64,000 nucleotides of DNA from Candidatus Marinacidobacterium sp. GTDB taxonomy: Bacteria; Acidobacteriota; Vicinamibacteria; Marinacidobacterales; Marinacidobacteraceae. Below are positions 57,901 to 64,000 of this stretch, piece by piece. The stretch is taken from NCBI GenBank assembly GCA_965220965.1, contig OZ244852.1:160001-224000 (forward strand), given 5' to 3'. The notes under the pieces are model-generated. The model worked only from the letters and a program-made list of their open reading frames with translations, was not told where the DNA came from and ran no database searches. Each line of letters starts with the position of its first letter. Position 1 is the first letter of the stretch. A program made the translations under genes and the position numbers.

Positions 57901-58466
57901 CGGCGGCGGCCCGCCTCGCCGCCGAGCGGGAGGAGGCCCTCCAGGGAATGCGCGCCGCGGCGGCCCGCTACGCCGAGGTCCGGACCGCCCAGTTGCTGCT
58001 GCGATGGGCGCTCGAGCGGTTCCGCCGACAGAACCAGGAGCCGTTGCTGCGGCGGGCCGGCGAGCTGTTCCGAACGCTCACCGACGGGTCCTTCGCGCGG
58101 CTCGAGGTCGGGTTCGACGACCGGGACGAGCTGCGTCTCGACGCGGTCCGGGCGGACGACCGTGCGATCCCGGTGACCGGCCTCAGCAGCGGGACCGAGG
58201 ACCAGTTGTTCCTCGCGCTGCGCGTGGCCGCGATCGAGGACTACCTCGAGCGGGGCGGCGCGCTGCCCTTCATCGCGGACGACCTGTTCATCAACTTCGA
58301 CGACCGCCGGTCGGCCGCTGGTTTCCGGGTGCTCGGAAGGCTCGCGAAGAAGACGCAGGTTCTGTTCTTCACGCACCACGAGCACCTGCTGCCGGTGGCG
58401 CGCCGGGCGCTTCGTCATAAGGTCGCCGTCCTGCGTCTCGACGGCGCCGCCCAGGAATCGGCGTGA
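54963..58466 (+). CDS. YhaN-like Rad50/SMC-type AAA_27 ATPase with long coiled coil
   Basis: FGHF, Walker A GANEAGKTT, signature LSSGT, Walker B FIADD, FTHH. Confidence 0.92.
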   Translation: MRFRRFDLVRFGHFTGATLDLPPGNPDFHLLLGANEAGKTTVMRAVEDLLFGFPVRTPYDFLHPYAELRLGAVVEEEGEQLEFLRRKGSKDTVLDAEGAPFPRGERRLATYLGGADRDFFGRMFNLGHERLARGGREILQSHGEVGKTLFSAGSGLLELRKEARRLDEEAETLWGPRKKRTRRYTQARDRFDTTKRSLLDTIRRPQEWKELHRRVETSEAEVARLRGEAAERSREQRVASRIRRVHPSVRRRVELEACLAEVGDVALLPEDAAERLRQAQASRREGNAQVSVLEEQLATKRKEADGLGRDDEVMARSEGIGRLLETQSQVSGMRADLPTRRAEWKTAGEELLRQAAELGWPVADPDALAGRVPSRADVDRARRLREKRGSLEEALRARRENLDTARRRLREQEAGLAGGGTDVDAERLAEVLAAHPEASDLDARLRHLEEKLGDAQDRADELLPGLHPAPPEVRELADLPVPPRPTVREAGERMRDLRNRCDELERSLAVQRGELTRARAERDRQVREEDAPPREALIEARRVRDDLWARIRSRLAGEPAADEEDPSADFEAAVRTADEAADRRFDRAEAAGRLAELDRVILGLEADIAQNEAALRSCAAEQEEVSARWRELWSASGVAPDSPEAMLAWLDRRDQVVLAQREVRRARRQVEAGRAEEERAREDLLGALGAAGVPPADFRKRRISALLRKAQELERESSATASDRAAAGRTRSELAGLRARVDAAEADWKAWEEAWDAAIRGLGLDPGTPRETLHEQLDRFDAMRQTAETMRNLQERRIGAMERDIRRFESAVLEFAGFDASLDGLPPDEAVTRLGRRLEAARRDRKERARLEEEVASLRASLAERQKALSETEASLTPLREAAGTANGDEEGLEAAVRRSDERRNLERELAEVRERLDRDGDGLTFEELQAECGGTDPEEARAREEAASAAHDAVQADLQQAVTEAAEAKSALRAFHGDAAAARLAAEREEALQGMRAAAARYAEVRTAQLLLRWALERFRRQNQEPLLRRAGELFRTLTDGSFARLEVGFDDRDELRLDAVRADDRAIPVTGLSSGTEDQLFLALRVAAIEDYLERGGALPFIADDLFINFDDRRSAAGFRVLGRLAKKTQVLFFTHHEHLLPVARRALRHKVAVLRLDGAAQESA

Positions 58467-58483
58467 GCCCGGGAGGACCCATC

Positions 58484-59830
58484 ATGGATCGAACGACTGC
58501 GCGTCAGCCCCGCCATCGCGGCTGGACCCTGACGCTGGCCGCCTGTGCGGTCGCCGCGACCGCCTCCGCCGCACAGCCGCCCCGGCTCGCCCTCGTCGGG
58601 GGCATGCTGCTCGACGGGTATCAGGTTCCCCCGATCCACCACGCCGCGGTCCTCATCGAAGGCGACCGCATCGTGGCGGTCGGCCGGGCCTCCGATGTCG
58701 AGATCCCGCCGGGGACCGAGATCCTCGACACCCGGGGGCGGGTCATGCTGCCCGGGCTGATCGACCTCCACGCGCACCTGGCGGTGCTCGGCCACGGCGA
58801 GTACGGCCGCTGGTTCTCATGGCTCGAGCAGGAGGACGTGGACATCCGGGAGGTCATGCACATCTCGGCGCGGCAGCTCCTGCTCGCCGGCGTGACCACC
58901 GCGGTCGACCTGGGCGCTCCGCTCGAGGCGAGCCTCGCGGTGCGCGACCGGATCGCGAGCGGCGAGGTCCCGGGAGCCCGGCTGCTCATGGCCGGTCCCT
59001 GGATCACCCGGCGGGTGAGCTTCTGGCCGGAGAACTACCAGATCGGGGTGTCCTCACCCGAAGAGGCGTCGGCCGCGGTCGAACGGCTCGCCGATGCGGG
59101 GGTCGATGTCATCAAGGCGTGGGTGGGGCTCACCCGCGAGGACTACCGGGCGATCGCCGACACCGCGAACGAGCGCGGGCTGCGGGTCCACGCCCACGTC
59201 TACGGCCCCGAGGAGGTCCGGAACGCGCTCGAGACCGGGATCCACGTCCTGACGCACGCCGGATCGGCCGGGACGCCGCCCTACGAGCCCGAACTTCTCC
59301 GGGACATCGTGGTTGCGGGGAGGCCGGTCGTCATCACCGGGGCGCACCGCGTCTGGGTGTTTCCGGCGACGGTGGCGTTTCCCGAGCGGCTCCAGGACCC
59401 GAGGCTGCGCGACGATCTGCCGGTCGCGATGTACGAGGAACTCCAGCGCAGCTTCGTGGACTTCCACCGCCTCCCCTACTTCCGGACGACGGATCGGCAG
59501 ATGTTCTTTGGGGACGCCTCGCTCGGGCAGTGGATCGAAGCGGGCGCGGTCATGGGGATGGGGACCGACTCGGGCACCCCGCTGAACTTCCATACCGAGG
59601 CGCTCTGGCGGGAGATCAAGGCCCACGTGGACCTCGGGATGCGTCCGCTCGACGCGATCGCCGCCGCCACCCGGATCAACGCCCGCATCCTGGGCAGGAG
59701 CGATCTCGGCACGGTCGAGCCCGGCAAGCTCGCCGACATCCTCGTCGTGGACGGCGATCCCCGCTTCGACATCACCGCCCTCGCCCGGCCCGTCGTCGTC
59801 GTCAAGGACGGCCGTCCGCACCGCCGCTGA
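58484..59830 (+). CDS. Secreted amidohydrolase family protein
   Basis: PGLIDLHAH, GVDVIK, VHAH, GTDSG, PGKLADILVV. GGAGG before ATG 58484. Confidence 0.9.
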   Translation: MDRTTARQPRHRGWTLTLAACAVAATASAAQPPRLALVGGMLLDGYQVPPIHHAAVLIEGDRIVAVGRASDVEIPPGTEILDTRGRVMLPGLIDLHAHLAVLGHGEYGRWFSWLEQEDVDIREVMHISARQLLLAGVTTAVDLGAPLEASLAVRDRIASGEVPGARLLMAGPWITRRVSFWPENYQIGVSSPEEASAAVERLADAGVDVIKAWVGLTREDYRAIADTANERGLRVHAHVYGPEEVRNALETGIHVLTHAGSAGTPPYEPELLRDIVVAGRPVVITGAHRVWVFPATVAFPERLQDPRLRDDLPVAMYEELQRSFVDFHRLPYFRTTDRQMFFGDASLGQWIEAGAVMGMGTDSGTPLNFHTEALWREIKAHVDLGMRPLDAIAAATRINARILGRSDLGTVEPGKLADILVVDGDPRFDITALARPVVVVKDGRPHRR

Positions 59831-59882
59831 CCGCCTCGGGACTCGGTCCGGGGCGCGCGCGGACCGATACGATTCCGCGGCC

Positions 59883-60356
59883 ATGAAACGGACCATCGGC
59901 TGGCGCGAGTGGGTCGTGCTCCCGTCGCTCCACCCGGATCCCATCAGGGCGAAGATCGACACGGGCGCCCGGACATCGGCGCTTCATGCCGCGCGGATCC
60001 GGCCGCTGCGCGTGGATGGCGCCGAGTGCGTGGAGTTCGAGCTTGACCGGCGCGATCTGCCGAGCGCCTCCGAGCCCTTCCGGGCGCCGCTGAAGGAGCG
60101 GCGGGTCGTCCGGAATTCCGGCGGTCAGGCCGAAGAGCGCTATCTGATCGAGACCCTTCTGCGCCTCGGGGACATCGAGTGGCCGGTCGAGCTGACCCTC
60201 ACCGCCCGCCACGGGATGAACCTTCCCATGCTGATCGGGCGCACCGCCATCCGGCGGCGCTTCCTCGTGGACCCCGGCCGGTCCTACCTGATGTCCGGCG
60301 ACCGGACGCGAAGCGCCTCCGAACGAACCGACCTCAAGCGCAGGCAAGCACCGTGA
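59883..60356 (+). CDS. RimK-associated retropepsin-like protease (RimB / 'ATP-dependent zinc protease' family)
   Basis: [31 protein letters not shown]. Confidence 0.9.
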   Translation: MKRTIGWREWVVLPSLHPDPIRAKIDTGARTSALHAARIRPLRVDGAECVEFELDRRDLPSASEPFRAPLKERRVVRNSGGQAEERYLIETLLRLGDIEWPVELTLTARHGMNLPMLIGRTAIRRRFLVDPGRSYLMSGDRTRSASERTDLKRRQAP

Positions 60357-61258
60357 ACATCGTCATCCTGTCCCGCAACCGCAAGCTCTACTCCACGCGC
60401 AGACTCCAGGAGGCGGCCGAAGCGCGGGGCCACGATTCGCAGGTCATCGACACGCTTCGCTGTTACATGAACATGGCGACGGCCAAGCCCTCCATCCGTT
60501 ACCGCGGGGAGCCTCTGCCGGCGGTCGACGCGGTGATTCCCCGGATCGGCGCATCCATCACCTTCTACGGGACCGCTGTCGTGCGCCAGTTCGAGATGAT
60601 GGGGGTCTACGCGGTCAACGAATCGGTGGCGATCGCGCGCTCCCGCGACAAGCTGCGCTCGATGCAGCTCCTCGCGCGCCGCGACATCGGGATGCCGGTC
60701 ACCGGTTTCGCGCACACGACCGACGACATCCCCGGGCTCATCGACATGGTCGGAGGCGCGCCGCTGGTGGTGAAGCTGCTCGAGGGAACCCAGGGTGTGG
60801 GCGTTGTGCTCTGCGAGACCCGCAAGGCGGCGGAGAGCGTGATCGAGGCCTTCTTCGGCATCGACGTCAACATCATGGTTCAGGAGTACATCGAGGAGGC
60901 CGGGGGCGCCGATGTGCGCTGCTTCGTCATTGGCGACAAGGTTGTCGCCGCGATGCGCCGGCAGGCGGCGCCCGGTGAGTTCCGCTCCAACCTGCACCGC
61001 GGCGGCAAGGCGCACGCGGCGAAGATCTCGCCAGCCGAGAGGCGGACGGCGGTGGCGGCGGCGAGGACGATGGGACTCAACGTGGCGGGAGTGGACCTCA
61101 TCCGGTCGAATCACGGACCGCTCGTTCTGGAGGTCAACAGCTCCCCCGGTCTCGAGGGCATCGAAGAGGCGTCGGGCGTTGATGTGGCGGATCGGGTCAT
61201 CGCCTTCATCGAACGCAACGCCCGCCAGGGAAGGACGCGCACCCGTGGCGCCGGCTGA
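60353..61258 (+). CDS. rimK: Ribosomal protein S6--L-glutamate ligase
   Basis: [50 protein letters not shown] overlap with the upstream gene. Confidence 0.96.
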   Translation: MNIVILSRNRKLYSTRRLQEAAEARGHDSQVIDTLRCYMNMATAKPSIRYRGEPLPAVDAVIPRIGASITFYGTAVVRQFEMMGVYAVNESVAIARSRDKLRSMQLLARRDIGMPVTGFAHTTDDIPGLIDMVGGAPLVVKLLEGTQGVGVVLCETRKAAESVIEAFFGIDVNIMVQEYIEEAGGADVRCFVIGDKVVAAMRRQAAPGEFRSNLHRGGKAHAAKISPAERRTAVAAARTMGLNVAGVDLIRSNHGPLVLEVNSSPGLEGIEEASGVDVADRVIAFIERNARQGRTRTRGAG

Positions 61259-62375
61259 CCCGGAGACGCGCGCCGATGCGCCGGCGCCCGCAGGCGGCGC
61301 GAAGCGGAAGCCGCGCAGGGTCAGCACCCTGCAGCAGCCGTTCGAGATCGCCGGCCGGCGGGTGCGGCGCGGCGAGAGACTGCAGTTCGAGCTGCCGATG
61401 GCGCAGCTCTACACCCGGACGCCGCTCGACCTGACCGTCGAGGTGATCCACGGCCGCTGGCAGGGTCCGACGCTTCTGGTCTCGGCGGGGATCCATGGCG
61501 ACGAGCTGAACGGGATCGAAATCATCCGGCGACTGAGAACGCTCGCCAGCCTCGATCGCCTCTACGGCACGCTCGTGCTGGTCCCCCTCGTGAACCTGTT
61601 CGGGTTCCTGAACAAGACTCGGTACCTGCCGGACCGCCGCGACCTGAACCGAAGTTTCCCGGGAAGCGAGGCGGGTTCCCTGGCGTCGCGCATCGCGAAC
61701 GTGTTCTTCGGCTCTGTCGTGAAGCGATGCACCCACGTCATCGACCTCCACACCGGGGCGGTGCACCGCGACAACCTGCCGCAGATCCGCGCTTCGCTGG
61801 ATCAGCCCGGGGTGGAGGCAATGGCGCGCGCCTTCTCGATTCCGGTCATCGTCAACTCGGGGCTCCTGGACAGGAGTCTGCGTCTCGAAGCGGGGAAGCA
61901 GGGCATCCCGGCGATCGTCTACGAGGCCGGAGAAGCCCTCCGCCTCGACGAGAGATCGGTGGTCGCCGGGGTTCGCGGCGTCGTGAACGTGATGCGCGGA
62001 CTCGACATGCTTCCGGCGCGCCGGGCGCGCAAGGACCAGCGCGAGCCGTATGTGGCGAACTCCACCCGTTGGATCCGGGCGCCAGGGGACGGCCTGTTCC
62101 GCCCGCTCGTGGACCTCGGCGCCAGGGTGCGCCGCGGTGACGCCCTCGGTACGGTGTCCGCTCCGTTCTCGTCCGACGACGAGGTCATCCCCGCGCCGTT
62201 CGAAGGCATCGTCATCGGCATCAACCGCCTGCCTCCGGTGAACGAGGGCGAGGCCCTCTTCCACCTTGCCCGCTTCGGTGAAGTGACCGCGGTTGAGGAG
62301 GAGATCGTCTCCCACGAGAACGTGATCGAGGCGGATCCGCTCTACGCCATCGAGTCCATCGACGAGCTCGCGTGA
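61245..62375 (+). CDS. Succinylglutamate desuccinylase/aspartoacylase family protein (M14-like)
   Basis: [28 protein letters not shown]; usual neighbour of rimK. Confidence 0.92.
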   Translation: MAPADPETRADAPAPAGGAKRKPRRVSTLQQPFEIAGRRVRRGERLQFELPMAQLYTRTPLDLTVEVIHGRWQGPTLLVSAGIHGDELNGIEIIRRLRTLASLDRLYGTLVLVPLVNLFGFLNKTRYLPDRRDLNRSFPGSEAGSLASRIANVFFGSVVKRCTHVIDLHTGAVHRDNLPQIRASLDQPGVEAMARAFSIPVIVNSGLLDRSLRLEAGKQGIPAIVYEAGEALRLDERSVVAGVRGVVNVMRGLDMLPARRARKDQREPYVANSTRWIRAPGDGLFRPLVDLGARVRRGDALGTVSAPFSSDDEVIPAPFEGIVIGINRLPPVNEGEALFHLARFGEVTAVEEEIVSHENVIEADPLYAIESIDELA

Positions 62376-62501
62376 CCGTGTCCGGGGTGGTGGCGAGGCG
62401 TCGCGGGCCAGGGACACGCCAGCGCCTCCGGTGAGTTCCCCGAGCCGTCCTTGAAGCGGGAAGGGCGGTGCTGAGACCATCCCGCTTCTGGAGGATTCCC
62501 C

Positions 62502-64000
62502 ATGCGCCGGTTCTTCGCCCTCGTCCTGCTCGCCTGCTTCGCCCTCGCGGCGCCGCCCCTCGTCGCGGCCGCGGCCGGACAGGCTCTTCGGCCGATGTCC
62601 ATCGTGGAGCTGATGGAGGTTCCGCAGATCGGAAGCCCGCAGCTCTCCCCCGACGGATCCCAGGTCCTCTACACGAAGACGGTGGCCGACTGGGAGGAGA
62701 ACCGCCGGTTCACCCACATCCGGCGGGTCAACGCCGACGGAAGCGGTGACATCCGGCTGACGACCGGAGAGCGCGGGGAGTCCGGCCCGCAGTGGTCCCC
62801 CGACGGGTCCTCGATCGCGTTCCTGACGCGGCGCGGGGACGGTCCGTTCCAGCAGATCTTCGTCATGGCGAACGCCGGGGGAGAGGCGGCGCCGCTCACC
62901 GACCACCCGAGTTCCGTGCGGAGCTTCCGGTTCTCCCCGGACGGGGCCCACATCTACTTCCTCGCGCCCGACCCGAAGTCGGCCGAGGAGAAGCGCCGCG
63001 ACGACCTGATGGACGATGTCTTCGCCTTCGACGAGGACTACAAGCAGCGCCACCTGTGGAGGGTGGCGGTCCAGGCGGAGCGTCCGGCCCGGGCGGAGCG
63101 AATCACCGAGGGCGACTTCTCGGTGCTCGGCTTCGAACTGTCAGCCGACGGCCGCCGGATCGCGCACCACCGGGCGCCGACGCCGCTCCTCGACAACACC
63201 GACGAGGGCGAGGTGTGGATCATGGACGCCGACGGCTCGAACGCGCTCCGGCTGACCGACAACACCGTGATCGAGAGCGGGGCGCAACTGTCGCCCGACG
63301 GTTCCCAGGTGCTCTTCCTGTCGAGGTCCAGCGCCGACTTCGAGACCTACTACAACGGCAACCTGTTCGTTCTGCCCGCCTCCGGAGGGGCGAGCCGGCT
63401 GCTCTTCGAAGACATGCCGCACGACGTGAACGCCGCCCGCTGGGCGTCCGACGGATCGATCTACTTCCTCGCGAACACCGGCGTGCGGAGCCAGCTCTTC
63501 CACGCGTCGCCCGACGGCGGCGAGCCGCGGCCGATCACCGCCGGCGACCACGCGCTCCGGGGGTGGCACTACCAGCCGTCCGCCGGAGAGCATCTCTTCG
63601 GGATGGATACGCCGACGAACAGCGGCGACCTCCACCGGATGGCCGAGGGCGGGGGAGAACTCACGAAGGTCACCGGGGTCTTCGACTACCTCGCCGAGAC
63701 CTTCCGGCTGCCGAGGCAGGAGGCGATCCGGTGGAGCGGCGAGGACGGCGTCGAGGTCGAGGGCCTGCTCTACTACCCGCTCGATTACCAGGAGGGGACG
63801 CGCTACCCGCTCGTGGTCCAGACGCACGGCGGGCCCCGGTCGTCCGACAAGTTCGGGTTCGGCCGCTGGAGCAGCTACGTCCCGGTCCTCGCGGCGCGGG
63901 GCTACATGGTCCTGAAGCCGAACTACCGCGGAAGCACCGGCTACGGCGACGACTTCCTGCGGGACATGGTGGGCCACTACTTCAACCAGGCGCACCTGGA
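62502..64000 (+). CDS. Secreted S9 family peptidase (acylaminoacyl peptidase-like), truncated by the window edge
   Basis: GGAGG RBS; MRRFFALVLLAC signal peptide; SPDG propeller repeats; YPLVVQTHGGP; PNYRGSTGYG. Absent from the ORF track because it has no stop in the window. Confidence 0.9.
   Translation, partial: MRRFFALVLLACFALAAPPLVAAAAGQALRPMSIVELMEVPQIGSPQLSPDGSQVLYTKTVADWEENRRFTHIRRVNADGSGDIRLTTGERGESGPQWSPDGSSIAFLTRRGDGPFQQIFVMANAGGEAAPLTDHPSSVRSFRFSPDGAHIYFLAPDPKSAEEKRRDDLMDDVFAFDEDYKQRHLWRVAVQAERPARAERITEGDFSVLGFELSADGRRIAHHRAPTPLLDNTDEGEVWIMDADGSNALRLTDNTVIESGAQLSPDGSQVLFLSRSSADFETYYNGNLFVLPASGGASRLLFEDMPHDVNAARWASDGSIYFLANTGVRSQLFHASPDGGEPRPITAGDHALRGWHYQPSAGEHLFGMDTPTNSGDLHRMAEGGGELTKVTGVFDYLAETFRLPRQEAIRWSGEDGVEVEGLLYYPLDYQEGTRYPLVVQTHGGPRSSDKFGFGRWSSYVPVLAARGYMVLKPNYRGSTGYGDDFLRDMVGHYFNQAHL

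Noticed and set aside
59883-62375. Protease-rimK-deacylase operon as a novel system
   Set aside because: A well-known conserved gene cluster.

Overview
High-GC (about 70% by eye) bacterial chromosomal segment. Gene content (DUF1592/DUF1552 cassettes, ankyrins, many secreted peptidases, amidohydrolases, VPS10/BNR and DUF885 proteins) resembles Acidobacteriota, possibly host-associated; this is inference only. Most of the window is ordinary metabolism: tkt, trkA/trkH, acs, pepA, lhgO, xth, SSS transporters plus a PLP decarboxylase, rimK operon, S9 peptidases. Three tandem expansions of envelope genes stand out. (1) A Cys-rich lipoprotein family at the left edge, each copy followed by the same double hairpin. 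(2) Three membrane-anchored 11/22-mer coiled-coil paralogs of graded length sharing a conserved upstream region. (3) A 6189-bp-offset duplication of a diheme cytochrome c (DUF1592) / Tat-exported DUF1552 / secreted ankyrin-CxxC cassette, with mosaic divergence and a strong G/T wobble bias in its near-identical parts. Also present: an in-frame AIR-synthase-like/TrkA fusion, an orphan Panacea/YwgA-like protein, a PD-(D/E)XK remnant, and a DUF429 / GmrSD / YhaO-YhaN nuclease cluster. No rRNA, tRNA, CRISPR array, transposase, integrase or reverse transcriptase was recognised. Family assignments come from motif recognition, not database searches.
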